In this document: positions 1 to 14,331 of the stretch, in pieces
Layout of the letters: each line of letters opens with the position of its first letter
Numbering within the stretch: the stretch's first letter is position 1
DNA from: a virus
Lineage: Duplodnaviria > Caudoviricetes
DNA: 64,000 bases
Reading direction: 5' to 3' (one strand)
IMG/VR virus record: IMGVR_UViG_3300028591_000087
Location: 96,001 to 160,000 of that record
Notes under the pieces: model-generated
What the model was told of the DNA's origin: nothing
Databases searched by the model: none
What the model saw: only the letters and a program-made list of their open reading frames with translations
Translations under genes and position numbers: made by a program

Positions 1-929
1 ACAATGTAATTCACAATGTGACTGGTGGACATGAAAGTCTTACAAGCTAGGGTGAATGGCGTTTGCTTCCAGATTATAAGTTATATACCTATTCTGAAAT
101 GAACGATCAGAATGGTCTAGCTTATTTTGATGCTGGCTATTATGGAAATAGTAATAAGCATATTGTTGAACAAACAGATACTTTAGGTGAAGCTATTCGT
201 AAGATTTCAAATGAATTAGCTGATTTGAATTATCAACCACAAACTGCAAAGCTCTTCGCGCACGCAAGAGTAGAGGGCGAAGCTAATTCAGATTATCTTG
301 CTGTTGAAAATGGAAAAAATATTACCGATATAACTCTTGATTATGAATTAAATAAAGGTCCTCGTTACTCTATTTCAATTCAAGATATTACGGGAACTCC
401 TCGTACAATTTATTCTGCGACTATCAGTGATACATTGGCGCACTTAGCCAGTGGATATGCTGAAACTGCTACTGGCACTCAGCACGATACTGATGGTATT
501 GAAAGTACGATAGGTAATAGAGACCATGATATTACGTATCGTATATCTGTTGTAGATGAACGTTCTAATACTGCAACAGCAAATGCAGTGATTAAATATA
601 TGAACAAATGTTATTGGGGCGTTGGATCTGCATACAGCGCTAGTGCTCTTGATAATATTACTCATTTGGACAATGCTATTACTGGTGGCTCAAAACTTAC
701 GAGAGAAAAGTTCAATCCACCTACAATGATAGCAGGAGAAAATCAATATGTTTATTGGATGCAACCTGCTTCATTTGATGATCCTATTTTCCGCATGAAC
801 TGTGTTGAAGGTGGAATGGATTACTTAGGCATTGTTGAATTTACTAATGCTTCTAATTATGCAACAAATTATAAAGTATGGCGTAGCACTAATACCAAAC
901 TTGGTAAAGTTGATTTAATGGTACTATAA
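1..929 (+). CDS. Phage structural (tail-associated) protein, 5' partial; one in-frame TAG (48-50)
   Basis: Frame open from base 3 through TAG 48-50 into ORF 63..929; ends TAA followed by the GGAGG RBS of the next gene. Confidence 0.7.
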
Positions 930-942
930 GGAGGGAATATAA

Positions 943-3171
943 ATGCAAACAATGGATCATAATAACTTACAATTTCCACAAGGAGAAAATTTATATTCCA
1001 CTCCATATGATTATAATAAGACACTAGGTTTAGATGAAAATTGTGTATTAACTAATGAGCGCACATATGCTGGCACAGTAGTAGTGCCATCAGGTTTGAC
1101 GCAAGTTAATGGAAATGATTTCCCATTAATTCATGCAAAAGACATACAGATTGGTAATTATCCGCAAGATAGATTAACTTATAAGTTAGAAGTTTATGAT
1201 GCTATCTTGCGTGATTTATATGGCACAAGTTCTCCAACGGTTTTGGAAGCATTGCCAGATGGACGTGATCCATTAGATCTTGCTTCTATTGGAGACAATG
1301 ATGGAGCCTCTGGATTAACTGGCATACATTCTTTAACACGTATTGCTCAAATTCTCAACAATAGAACTGAAACGATTGATGATCGTATTATTGATCTTCG
1401 TATTTTTAAGACTGTAAGCATTGGTGCGCAAGGTACATATACTAGTGATTGGGAGACTGGGTCAGAAGCAACTGATTTGATTTCTGATAGTAATCATGAT
1501 ACATTATCAATTGCATCTAAAAATAAATGGATTATTTTAGATGCAGATACCGATCATGACTCATTCACTATTGGTCACTATAAGAAAGACTTTAATCCTA
1601 CTACAAGCACATTAGATTTAAATAGTTCTGGTACTTTTGATATACCTTCTTATGTATATGATGAAGCTGGTCATGTAACTGCAAAAGATACAAAGACATT
1701 AACATTGCCTTATAATTATAAGACAATCGCTTTAAACAATGCTTTGTCAACTGCTGTTACTGATATCACTACGAATAACACATCTGTTGTAGCTGACGAT
1801 CAAGTAGAAACAGTTACATTTATTGCTGGCAATAAATGGATTAGATTTGCTGGCGAAACTACGACAGGTAAATCAATTACCTTCGCGCATTTGCTCTCTG
1901 TATTAACATAGGGTGCTCATGCAAGTGGTTGGTCATTAGATGCGCAAACGCCATTATTTGGTGCGACGTTTAATATGCTTATTCCGGCAGTTTCTTTCAC
2001 TACTGATGAAGCAGGTCATATAACTGCATATGAATATTCAAATAGTACAACGACAGTATAGATCCCTATGCTATCTGTTGTTGATAATGCAACAGGTGAT
2101 ATTGTAACTGGATTAAGTGTACAAACTTCCAATAATACAAGTAATGGTACATTTACAACTACTCGCGCATATGTTGGATCATTTGCATTAACTGGTTATA
2201 TTGCACCAGATTTACCATTTGGATATTATGCATCTACTGATAATAATCCAGAACATATAAAGAAAGTACGTAGTAGTATCGCTGCGACAGATACACTACA
2301 ATCTGCTATTGCTTCTTTACAAACTTATGCTTATAATAACCAGGTGGCTATTGAAACAGAAGTTGTTGATCGTCAACAGGCAATTACTAATTTGATTAAT
2401 GGCGCATCATCAGATTATGATACATTAAAAGAATTAGAAGATGCAATAAAGCAAGAAGTTACTGATCGTGGCATTGCAATTACTAATTTAATAAATGGTG
2501 CTTCTGATGGCTATGATACTTTTAAAGAGTTAGAGGATGCTATTAAACAAGAGACGACAGATCGTGGCACAGCCTTAACGAACTTAGTAAATAATGCGAG
2601 TGCTAACTTCGACACTCTTGGCGAGATTGAAACTTAGGTTACTAACCATACCAGTAACACAAGCAATCCTCATCAAGTAACAGCCACACAGGTTGGTTTA
2701 GGTAATGTTACTAATGACGCGCAGATTAAAGCATTAAGTTCATTAGCTTCTGGCAATGTTGGCAAAGTTGCTATTTGGTCTGCGGCAAATGAATTGGGCG
2801 TAAGTGATTATACTATTGGTAAATCAGTTCCTTCTGATGCAGTGCTTACTGCTACTGCTATTAATGAATTGATTACTACACAATTAGAAAGTTTCTCTAA
2901 GAATTTTGATATGACTGTGAAGATGCCGAACTCTGTTTCTTGGGCATACAATGAAGATACAGGTATATTAAGTGCTTCTCAAGTTGGGGATTTGTCTGGT
3001 GTTACTATTTCGATCGAAAAAAACGAGGGCTCCAGTTGGGTTCCCGTTACCGATCCCGTCCCAGCAGATGGAGACGAGTTCAGAGCTATCGCTTCAAGAA
3101 CTCTCACCGTTGGTGAATCAACATTCTCTGGAACGAAGATATTCAATCAAACTTATACTTATCACGAATAA
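943..3171 (+). CDS. Tail fibre-like protein, 742 aa with TAG=Gln (TAG at 1909, 2059, 2635)
   Basis: Three track ORFs share one frame, separated only by TAG. Readthrough gives the fibre motif NPHQVTATQVGLGNV. Also contains DEAGHVT motifs and three ITNLINGA..YDTLKELEDAI coiled-coil repeats. Confidence 0.8.
2380..2634 (+). repeat. Three imperfect ~87-bp coding repeats (AITNLINGASxxYDTLKELEDAIKQExTDR)
   Basis: Visible in the translation of ORF 2068..2637. Confidence 0.8.
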
Positions 3172-3178
3172 AATATCT

Positions 3179-3214
3179 GGGTCTATGTTGGTTAATCCAC
3201 ATAGACCCTTTTTT
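3179..3214 (+). terminator. Rho-independent terminator
   Basis: GGGTCTATGT-loop-ACATAGACCC followed by TTTTTT. Confidence 0.8.
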
Positions 3215-3259
3215 AATGTATAAAGATGAGAAAACTATTTACCGAAGGAGTTGAATTAT

Positions 3260-4174
3260 ATGGCTGAATCCAATACTAAAGTGTTGTTCAAATTTGGCTC
3301 TAGAGCGGAATATGAATCCTTGTCACCGATACAAATACAAAATAATGCGTTATACTTTTTAACTGATACTAATGAGTTATATCGTGGTTCCGTACCGATG
3401 TGTAAGTCTCATTATTATGAAGGCGAAGTACAGAAAGAAGAAACAGTATTACACGCACAAGCTCGTATTCTCGATGAGGCAATTCCGGTAGCTAATGATA
3501 TTCTCGTTTTATGCTATGAGAATGGTAATAGAATTCCATATATCTATACTGAAGACGCAGGTTGGAAATTATTAATCAACGTTGTTGTTGAAGGTTCCAC
3601 TCCTGTTGAAGCAGGTATGGATTATGACGCACTTGATGAGGATGTTTTCTCTACAATTGAAGAAAATAATGAAACAGTTGGTTTTACACTTAAAGATTTT
3701 GGTGTAAAGTATTATGATTATGTTGATGGTAATTATGTTTTGGTTACTGTTGACGATCAGCATCCTTGGCCAACTGGTCTTACTCCAAGAGTAACCTTGG
3801 AGAATGGTCGCCCAGTATTAGGTTGGTTTATGCCGAATCCGGATACTGGTGCGGGACAAGCTGAAGATCTTACTGCGCTTAAGCAGGATGTTGCTGACTT
3901 AAAGTCAATTGTAGGTCATGCCGGCACAGGTAGTTCCCCAGCTACTGGTTTAGTCCAGAAAGTTGGATCTTTGGTTGAAAAGATTAAGATAGGTAGCACA
4001 ACCCTTACTCCAGTTGATGGTATATTAGAGCTTAATATTTTCGACGGTACAAATAATGGTTTAGTTCCAAAACCTTCCGGAATTAGCGGAATTAAAGTTC
4101 TTGGTTCTAATGGTTATTGGCTTGATCCAAATGATTTCTTTGAACTTGAATGGAAACCTATTTTAGAATCATAA
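3260..4174 (+). CDS. Tail-associated protein with an Mtd_N-like N-terminal module
   Basis: GAAGGAG RBS then ATG 3260; N-terminus KVLFKFGSRAEY...NALYFLTDTNELYRG. Confidence 0.65.
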   Translation: MAESNTKVLFKFGSRAEYESLSPIQIQNNALYFLTDTNELYRGSVPMCKSHYYEGEVQKEETVLHAQARILDEAIPVANDILVLCYENGNRIPYIYTEDAGWKLLINVVVEGSTPVEAGMDYDALDEDVFSTIEENNETVGFTLKDFGVKYYDYVDGNYVLVTVDDQHPWPTGLTPRVTLENGRPVLGWFMPNPDTGAGQAEDLTALKQDVADLKSIVGHAGTGSSPATGLVQKVGSLVEKIKIGSTTLTPVDGILELNIFDGTNNGLVPKPSGISGIKVLGSNGYWLDPNDFFELEWKPILES

Positions 4175-4195
4175 TGACAGCAAGGAGGAAATATA

Positions 4196-5899
4196 ATGGC
4201 TAATTTGTTTTTTAAGCGTGGTTTAAAAGCTAACCTTGCTACTGCAGCCGTTCAAGACGGTGCTATTTATGTAACTACCGATGAACACGCAATGTATGTT
4301 GACGTTGGTGAAACTCGTATTCGTTTAGGCGATTTTAGAGAATACCCAACTTGGGCAAAAATTGCAGCGTTACCAGCAGCTAAATTAGATACCACAGCTC
4401 TTTATTATGCAGCCCAGGAAAATATTCTTTGTAAATATACTGGAGATCCAGCTGGTGCCGATGGTGGTTGGGTACAAATTAATGCTCAGTCTAATTTAGC
4501 AGGCATTTTAACCGCAGTTATTAATTCTACTACTGCTATTGCAGGTACTAACAATGTTGGAGCAGGTACCGCAGTACAGACTGATTATAAAGATAAGAAT
4601 AGTGTAACTGCACGCACTAGCACTGTAAATTATGTTTCTGGTAATGAATATATTAATGTCGCAGGTTCTTCAAATGCGCAGACTGGTGTAGCGACAGTAA
4701 CTATTACTCCAGAGCATATTGTTGAAAGTGCTTCTATTAATGCAGCTGAAGACCAGAATAATGCTGGTGATGTTAAGTTAATTATTACTAACAGCAAGAC
4801 TGGTACTACTGCGTAGGGCACTGCAGTCAACAATTCTACTGAATCTTTCATTACCTTAAGAGGTAACGGCATTGCTTTAGCAGAAAATAATGGCATTTTA
4901 ACCTTCACCAATGAAGGCGGCGTTGTTAGTGTTAACAATGCATTTGACTCTAATGGTAAGTTCGAAACAGTTGTTACATTGACAACTGGTGACACAGTAA
5001 GATCTAATACTGTATCTCCTGCAACAGCTCTTACACCTACTATTCGTTATGGTCAGGTTACTTCTGATGCAGTATTCGCAAATGGCGTAGCTGTTCTTGA
5101 TATTTATACTAAGAGTGAAGTAGATACCAAGATCTCTAATGAACTTAGGGCTGTTAATGCAATGACCTTCAAGGGTGCTATTGGTCAGGGTATGGGCGCG
5201 TCTTCTGATGATTTACCTACATCTAATGTCGCTAATGGTGATACATATATTGTAAATTCTGATGGCGATTATGGTGATGATGGCACTAATTACTTATATC
5301 CAGATTGCCGCAAGGGCGATTTGTTCCTCGCTCAAGGTACTGAAGGGACAGATGGATATATTCCAGCAAATGATCTTACTTGGATTTATATTCCATCTGG
5401 TGATGATATTTCTCAGACCTATTCATTCAAATATGATAATTCCACTGGTAAGGTTCAGTTAGTTGATTCTGCACTTAGTCCTGTAAGTTCTATCGTTGCT
5501 GGAACTGATATTGCGCTTAGCGGTGATAATACTACTAAGGATATGACAATTAGCCATGCTAATGTCACCCGTACTAATACCACCGGTACCGCACAGACTC
5601 AGGTATCTGGTAATGGTCCATTTGCGGTAAGTGTAATTACCGGTGTTACTACATCTGCTACTGGCCATGTAACAGGAGTTGAAACAACTACTCTTACAAT
5701 TGCCGATGAATTCAATCAGCTTCTTTCTCTTGGTGTTACTACTTCTGTTGAACAGAATGGTGATGCTAAGATTAACATTGCTGTTGCAGATGGTAAGACT
5801 TCAGTAAATAATGACTTGTACTTGCGTTCTAATTCTCTCACCTTTGGTTCTGCTTCTGGTGGAGTTACAACAATTGAAATGCAGTGGGGTTCATTCTAA
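4196..5899 (+). CDS. Tail fibre-like protein, 567 aa with TAG=Gln (TAG 4814)
   Basis: AGGAGG RBS; ORFs 4196..4816 and 4979..5899 are in one frame with only TAG between them; N-terminus LFFKRG...DGAIYVTTDE; YTKSEVDTKI and MTFKG motifs. Confidence 0.8.
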
Positions 5900-5912
5900 T
5901 AAAAAAAATAAA

Positions 5913-5938
5913 GGGGCGGTGAAAACCGCCCCTATTAT
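5913..5938 (+). terminator. Intrinsic terminator hairpin
   Basis: GGGGCGGT-GAAA-ACCGCCCC with an A-tract upstream and a weak T tail. Confidence 0.7.
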
Positions 5939-5962
5939 TGTCAGAGAGAAGGGAGTTTTAAA

Positions 5963-8900
5963 ATGGCTTTCAGCACATCTAGCGATCCTTTTAAAGTGTA
6001 TCGTGGTTTAGAAGCAAAGATAAAAGACGAATATCAAACTCCTATTGTCAATGGCCGTGTATATTTTGCTTATGACTCTGATAAAATCTTCTATGACGCT
6101 CAGGGCGTTCGTCATGAAATTTCTGGCGGCGGTGATGTATCATTTATCAAAGCCAAAAGTGCGCCTACATTTGAAGGCGATACTGGTTATTATGTCTTCC
6201 CTATGGCAGATATCGAAGCTAAGAAATTAGCAGTTGATAATATTGTCTTAGCAATAGATGACTGTATCTACCGTGTAGTTATCATTGATGACGAAACAAA
6301 TGTAGTTAAAACAAAGCAGATAGCCGGCGGTGGCGGCGGTGGTGGTGTAACTAATCCACTTACAATTACCACAGTGTCTAATTTCCCTAACCGTACTATT
6401 GATACGGAAGATGTAACTTGTACGATCAAAGTTAATTCTATGATTACAACTGATCAGACTTGTATGTTACAAGTATTTGTCAATAACGTAGAAGTTACTA
6501 ATTTAGGTAATTTGGATTTCCCACTCCGCACAGAGGCTGATTTCACAATCCCTCATCGTTATTATCGTTTAGATGGTGTTAATGAAGTTAAATTTGTTGC
6601 AACAGTTGATGAGAATACAAAAGAAAAGACAATGCGTTTCTATGCGTTCCATTCTGAATTTGCTGTAACTGATTTCAACTATCGCGCACCTTACGGCACA
6701 GATGAGGCAGTAACCAAAGTTTTAAACATTGGTTATAGTTTTACTGGCTTGGATGAAATCTATGGTCATATTCATTTCACTATTGATGGAGAAGAACTCT
6801 GGGATCTTAGTAATGAGATCGATCAACAGGTTCTTGCGGCTGGCGGCGGTCAGATTAGAAGCTCCATTGGTAGTTTAACAATTTCTTGTTTAAGAGAAGA
6901 GTTTGTTACTCTTGAACATGGAAATCACACTTTGACTCTTAATGCTTATGCAGTTGTTAATAATGAAGAGTTCTTTGTTAATTCTGTAAGCTATGATATT
7001 ATTTGGGCAACAGAAGCTGGCGCAGATACACCAATTATTATTAGTGCTTATCCAGACTATGCAGAAGAAGAAAACTATAATATCATTAGTATTCCTTATT
7101 TGATTTATGCAAAGAATACTGAAAAGATTATTACACATTTGTATGTTAATAATCAAGAGTTAGCAACGAGTCCTATTAACTATGAAAATAAAGGTTACAA
7201 TAGCTGGCAGTATTGGACTGTTTCTAAGTATACTCCTAACTTCACTAACACATTCTCTATGTTAGCCAATGTTGGTGGTAAGACTGCAATTCGTGAATTT
7301 ACAGTTAAGATTACCCCAAGTGATTTGAAGTTAGATGGTATTGCTGATGGTTTATTGTTATATTTAAGCGCACAAGATCGTTCTAATGCAGAATCTGCAT
7401 TAAGTCGTCAGACTTGGACTTATACGAATGACGCAAACAATCAGACCACCAATGCTCAATTCAGTGGCTTTAACTGGTATAATAATGGTTGGCAATTGGA
7501 CGATGATGGTGATAATGTACTTCGTTTAAACAACGGGGCGAGAGTAACCATTCCATTCGATCAAGTGTTACAAGTTGATATGCCATCCAGAGGTTTCACT
7601 ATTGAAACTGAATTTCGTTGTCGTAACGCTATTAACTTCGCTAAGTTATTAACTTATTCTTCTAAATCTATTCAGGATACGGATGAATATGGCAACTTAT
7701 TATGGGAAACTGAAGTTGTATATGAAGAAGATGGCGTAACGCCTAAGATGAAGATTCAGATGATGCGTGACGAGCATGGTCAAGAGACAGATATTCCTGT
7801 ACAGGTTGTTGACGCACGTGGTCACTTAGCGTATGAGATCCATACTGGAGATGATCCAGAAACTGGAGAAGAAATTTGGGCAACTTATTATGCTTGGGAA
7901 GATGAGCAAGGTAATGTTACTTATTGGACCAAGAAGAACGTACAATATGCCGATGATCAAGGTAATCCAATTATTCCTGCTCCAGCAAATATTAGACCTA
8001 TTTATGTTTATGAAGAAGTAACAAGAAACGTAAAGAGAGATCCTAATGGCGCAGATGAAGCAAGTAACTGGGTTCCTATTATGGTTGCTGATGGTGCTGT
8101 TACTAAATAGATCAATTATGTTTTAGATGACAATGGCGATCCTACTGATCAAGTAGCTAATGCTGTTGGTACCTTCTTCGGAAATAAACGTGGTTTGTGT
8201 ATTGGTACACAAGAAGCTTTCTTCGCTTCTCGTGACATCACAGTAAACGTTCGTTATGCTGATAATGATAAAGTAAAGATTTCTGTCGTTGCTGACACAG
8301 TATCTAAATTACTTTATATCTATATTAATGCTGTTCTTTCTGGTGTTGAGCGTTTTAGTGATAGAGACGTATTCTCTACTGGCGCGCTTGGAATGATCTT
8401 CAATTCTGATTATTGTGACTTAGACCTTTATACAATTCGTATTTATAATAAGCCACTTAATTTTGCTGAAATTGTTTAGAACTGGGTTGGTGACGCTCCT
8501 AACTTACAGGAAAAGAGAAAACGTTATCAAGAGAATAGTATTACTCATATTGATAGCCGCAATGGCTATGTAACATTAGACTATGATTTAACTAGAAAGT
8601 TAAGTAAGGATATGGCTGATAATTATAAGACTCAGATTGCTCTTGGTAATTCCGATGCGCAAAAGGGTCTTCCAATTGCAGTTATTTCTACTTATCCTTC
8701 TCACCTATCTAACGATACTAAGTCTGACTTGTTACCTTATAATAAGGCAATCAAGCAGTATGTTGATATTCGTTTCTGGGATCCAAATGGTGATGTACCG
8801 AGCTTTAAGGCACAAGACTTTGAATTATCTGTTCAGGGTACATCTTCTCAAGGTTATCCTCGTCGTAATTATAAAGCTAAATTGAAAGCAACTGATGCGG

Positions 8901-11900
8901 CTAAGAACGCATATGCTAACAAGTATCCATTCTATTTCACAACTTGGGATGGTAATGAAGATTTGAAAGATGTATGGCCTACATTTAATTATCCAGATCC
9001 ATTACCTTCTACTGCAACACAAGCTGAAAAGGATGCTTATGATGCGGCTTACTCCGCAGCAGAAGAGGCAGGTTGGGCAGCTTATAAAGAAGCAACCAAA
9101 GTTGCTACTGATGAGGGTATGACCGCTGGTTACAAGAAGTTAAAAAAGATTGATATTGGTAATGGAACACAAGAAACTAATTTCTGTTTCAAGGCAGATT
9201 ATATGGACAGTTCTTCCGCACACAATACTTCTTTAGCAAACTTCGTAACTGAATTGTGTAAATATAATGCTGATTTAACTTATCCTATTAAGAATTAGGT
9301 TGGTAATCCAGGTAACTGGAGATCTACTGTTTATGGCTTCCCAATGTTAGTATTCTGGGATCATAAAGGATAGAGCACTGCTCCTGAATTTGTTGGTCGC
9401 TATAACTTTAATACTGATAAGAGTGCTATTAGTTCTTTCGGTTTCAAAGTTGAAGAACCGCATAATTATTTACATGATGTAGATTATATTGGTTGGACTA
9501 CTGAAATCAATAATAAGGGTAAAAAAGTTGATGTAGTTAAGGTCATCCATGGTGATCCTACCTATGCTGATATTTGCGAATGTTGGGAATTAACTTCTAA
9601 CCAGCACGGTTTCACTGGTTTCCGCAGAAACGACTTTGATGCTGTTGATACAGATGGTAAGTTAGACTTCTATAACTTCTTCGAAAATCGTCAACATATC
9701 GCTGATTTCGATCCAGCAGATATTTATGACGAAGAATCTGATATTACAGTTGCAAATCAGAAATTGAGATTATATGCTAATAATATCATCGATTTGTCTA
9801 AATGGATTTATTCTACTGATATCCATCCTTGGGATGGTGAAGGCTCTGAATCTTATGACGCTTCTGATACAACACATCATAAGTTGACTGCAATATCTGA
9901 CTCTTCTCAGATTCGTTATAGAATTATTAATGAGACAGAGGAAGAAGTTACTGAATTTGCTTTACTTAGAGACTACTATACAGTAGCAGGAACTAAGTGT
10001 ACTTTAGTACAGCCTAAGCAGTTCAAGATTACTAAGTCGACAGTAGATGATGTGACAACATATATCGTAACCATTTATGAACTCGATGCAAATGAAGACG
10101 TAACAGAAACTGCAATTCCTGCAAGCCGTTTGTGGGTTGATGAGATTAACGCTACACTTGATACACCTGCATTCTACCTCACTCGTGACGAAGAACCAGA
10201 TGTTGAATGGCTTGGCGCAAATCACGATCAGCGCAGAGTAAATAAGACTTATTATAGCGCACCGGATGAACAACATCCAATTCCAGAAACTTGGTACAAA
10301 CGTGTTGAAATCACGACTGAAAACAAGGTTTGGGATGATGACGCTAATAATGGTCAGGGTGGTTATGTTGGCACTGGTCAGTTCACTGTTGTTGGTTATA
10401 CAACAAAGATCGAAGATGAGACTGGTAAAGTATATGACATTGATAAGGTTTATGAAGAATATGTAAAAGATACAAAAGCATATCGTCTTGCTAAGTATCG
10501 TGCAGAATTCAGTGAACACTTGAATTTTGCATATTGTGCATTCTACTTCATCTTAACCGAGTTTATGATCCTTTACGATTCTCGTGAAAAGAATATGATG
10601 ATCGCTACCTGGGGTCCTGAGAAGCCAGGTGGTAGTTATATTTGGTACCCTATCTTCTACGATATGGATACTCAGTTAGGTATTAATAACTCTGGTACAG
10701 TATTCTGGGATTATGATGTTAATGCTCAAGACGATGGTTTGTTCTCTGGTGCTGGTTCAGTATTGTGGGACAACTTCTATGCTTGCTTTATTGATGAGAT
10801 TAAAGCTTTCTATCGTAAGATGCGTAGCTCTGGTCACTTCAATCTTGATGAATGTATTAAGTATTATAATACTCAGAGTGCAGATCGTTGGACACCAATT
10901 ATGAAGAACATTGATGCTTTCTATAAGTATGTTGCTCCTTCTATTGATGCTCCTGGTTTACGTTATGTTACTAAACAGGGTGACGAAGCAATTACAGCTT
11001 CTTTCTTCTATTGCGCGCAGGGTGATAGAACATTAAACCGTTCCGCTTTCTTCCGCAATAGATTCAACTATAAAGACTCTGAATGGCTCGGTGGTTCTTA
11101 TCAGACCCAGGGCGGTAAGAATATTGAAATGCGTTATGATGCTAACTCTAATGCCTCTGGTAAGACTTCTGATCCAGATGCAGCCGCAAGAGAAGGTGGC
11201 ATTGGCGCGAGCATTATTCCAAAAGCAGAACATCCAGAGTTAGAATCTAATGCAACATTTGATATTAAGCCTTATTTAACACAGTATATTTCTGTATATT
11301 ATGATGAACTTCCTCGTGAAGGTGGACGTTATGATATTCAGTTTGAGCCTACTGTTGATGTAAGCGGTGTGGCTTCCGCATCTACAAAGTTGCATTATCC
11401 AAAGAACTGGCAAAATGTTAAGAAAGACGGTTTCATTACTGTTGATCCATTACCAGCAATTCAAGAGACTATTGATTCCGGCTTAGAGTTATCTCAACAG
11501 TTGGTTTATATCTATGGTCCTGAATATATCCGCGATCTTGGCGATTTAAGCTTGAAATACTTAGACCGTTTCTTCTGCGGTGATGCTATTCGTTTGAATA
11601 GATTGGTAATTGGTAATGATAATCCATTGTATAAGAACGATGGTATGTCTGGTGCTTTCTCTCTTGATACTTCTTATTATAGCTCATTTGTCGGCGAAGA
11701 TGGTACTAAGAAATTGAATCCAAACGCTAAGGCATTGTTACAGTACATCGATTTAAGTAACTTGGGTGGCTTATCCGGTGGTCTTGACTTGTCTGGTTGC
11801 TTGAAGTTGAATACTTTGAAAGCACGCGGTACCAATTATAGTGGTATTACAGTACCAGAAGGTAACGTTATCGAAACCTTATACTTGCCAGCTTCTACTC

Positions 11901-14320
11901 AGTCTTTTGTACAGATCCAGGCTCAGAAACTTAATAAAGTTATCAGAAATGCTAACTTGGCAAGTGACTATGAGCAAAAGAAAGTTGGATCTACTCAGGC
12001 TGTCGGCTTGTTTATTGAAAAACTTACTGATCGTATGAATGTAAGTAGAGATGCTGATATTTATGATGTTTACACTTCCGCAGGTAGTGAAGAAACTCAT
12101 AAGAGTGCAATTGCTTCTTATATTACCAGCGATCCTAATTATAATTCTACTACTCCTTCTGAGTCCGATTATATGACTCATATTGATACATTCAATATTG
12201 AAGGTGGTAAGTTAGGATTTATTTCATATGAACTTCTTGACTATATCTTAAAGCAAAAGATTAAGGCTCGTTATGATTCTGCTATTAAGAATGATACACC
12301 AAACTTAAAACTTCGTTTATTAGATGTAGCTTGGACTCCATATGAAAAGATTGATAGTGCTTATGAAGATGATCGCGGCTATACCGATAATCAATACTTC
12401 ATTAGAACTGACAAATTAACTTATGAACCATTACCAGCAAGTACAACATTTGAATATGCAAATCAGAACTTGGGTGGCATCTATCGTAAGACTGATAATC
12501 GCTTAAGTATTGATGGTACTGCTAACAATGTTGCTGAAGGTATTCCAAATCTTAAGATGCTTAAGATGTTTGTATCTGATTTTAATAATGCAAATCGTAC
12601 AAATACAAATCCTAATAACTTGTATCTTGTTCGTGATACCTATATTCCAGATAACCTCGCTAAGAGATTACCTCTTATCGGTGGTGAAATATATGTTGAT
12701 AATGATGAAGCTATTAGTGAATATGAGTTGTATAATTTAGCTCTTACATTTACGACAGAAGTTCTTAAGATGGACCCAGACGCAACTCCATTAACAATCT
12801 GCGCAAAAACAGTAACTGAGTGCCCTCGCGCAAAGTTTATTGAAATTGAAGCAGGTGCTGGTGACGCTGATGCTGATGGTATAAAGGCTAATGGTACTCA
12901 AAAAACAATTGCTACTTATCGTAGTAATGATGCAAATGCTGATGTTGAAATTCCTACAGACTTGATTCGTAATGACTATGACTTCCGTGGTTGGGCAACT
13001 TACGAAGCAATTCAAGAGTATCAAGATTCTAACAAACCATTCTTGTCAGTTGATGGCAATGGTGTTGTATTAAGCAATACTGGTGGTGTTGTTGCAACTG
13101 ATAGTCCAATCCTTGAACATTTAGCTGTTACAATTGATATGACAACTCGTGAGCGCACTTACGCTGATGACGCTTCTTCATTGAAGTTTGGCGCAACTCC
13201 TACAACATATTATGCAATCTTTACATTACATAAATATGAAGTAAGATATATCTTAGATAAGGATGCATATGATTTATCAGAAGGTGCAGATCCTAATTCT
13301 TATGAATCAGTATTAGTTCCTTCTAATGCTTATATTGATGCTTATCCACCAGAACATATTCCTTATTTCCATAATGATACATTACCTATTGGACAGATGC
13401 ATAAGTTCCTTGGTTGGGGCATCTCAACTGACTTAAAGCCTCGTTCATTACACTACGCAATTCGTAAGGACGTTGTGTTCTATCCATTCTACTCTGTAGT
13501 TAATGCATATAAAGAACCATTAGACGCTAATTACTTTGATTGGACAGTAGTCAATGGTGGTGTAGTAATTTATGGTATGAAATACCATGTCGGTGGACGT
13601 ATCTGTATCCCTAAGATGATTAATAATCTTCCAGTAACTCAAATCCTTGGTTCTTTCTACAAGATCGCTACAAATAGTTACACTTCTGAAGTAATTCAGG
13701 GTGCATCTCCTGCGGCTAGAACTAAGGTTGAAGGTAATGGTTTACAATCTAACTTGGAGATTGAGCATGTATACTTTGAAGGTGCAAATGATGGAACCTG
13801 TAATTTACAGGCAATTGGTCAGTATGCATTCTTCTATGCATGGTACTTAAAGTATGTTGATCTTCCAGATTCCTTAACTTAGATTGATACTTATGCTTTC
13901 GCAAGATGTGGTTACATTGGATATGCTAACTTAAATAATGTAAGAAACATTGGTCAGTATGCATTCACTTGTACTAATACTGCTAACTATGACCGTGAAA
14001 GTGGATCTTATGTTGGCGACCATGTTGACATCATCTATATTGATGGTGATACTAACATTGGTGCTGGCGCATTTAACGGTGTTGGTTATCGTCAGATTAT
14101 AATCGGTAGTGAAGGTAAGCCTTCTTCTAAATCAAGTTATAACTTGGTTAGTGCAGGCGCTGGTCAATTCTTCCATACTGGCAATCCTTATGGTGATACC
14201 TTACCTTTCCCTGAGTTGGTTAGATTGTACAGTTCTGTATTAGGTCCGTCTAGCACGGGTGTATCTAGAATGGTACAGTCTCCAATCGAACTTTCTGTTA
14301 TTACAGTTGCACAAAGCTAA
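5963..14320 (+). CDS. Giant virion-region protein, 2785 aa with TAG=Gln: Mtd_N-like start, LamG-like region, CotH kinase-like domain, LRR, InlB-B-like repeats, BspA-type LRR C-terminus
   Basis: Four track ORFs (5963, 8195, 8612, 9764) plus the 13883-14320 extension are in one frame, broken only by TAG at 8108, 8477, 9296, 9371 and 13880; ends TAA 14318-14320. Motifs VQGTSSQGYPRRNYK, FKADYMDSS, YDSREKNMM, WYPIFYDMDTQLG, IGQYAF/IDTYAF/IGAGAF. Confidence 0.85.
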
Positions 14321-14331
14321 GGAGAATCAAT

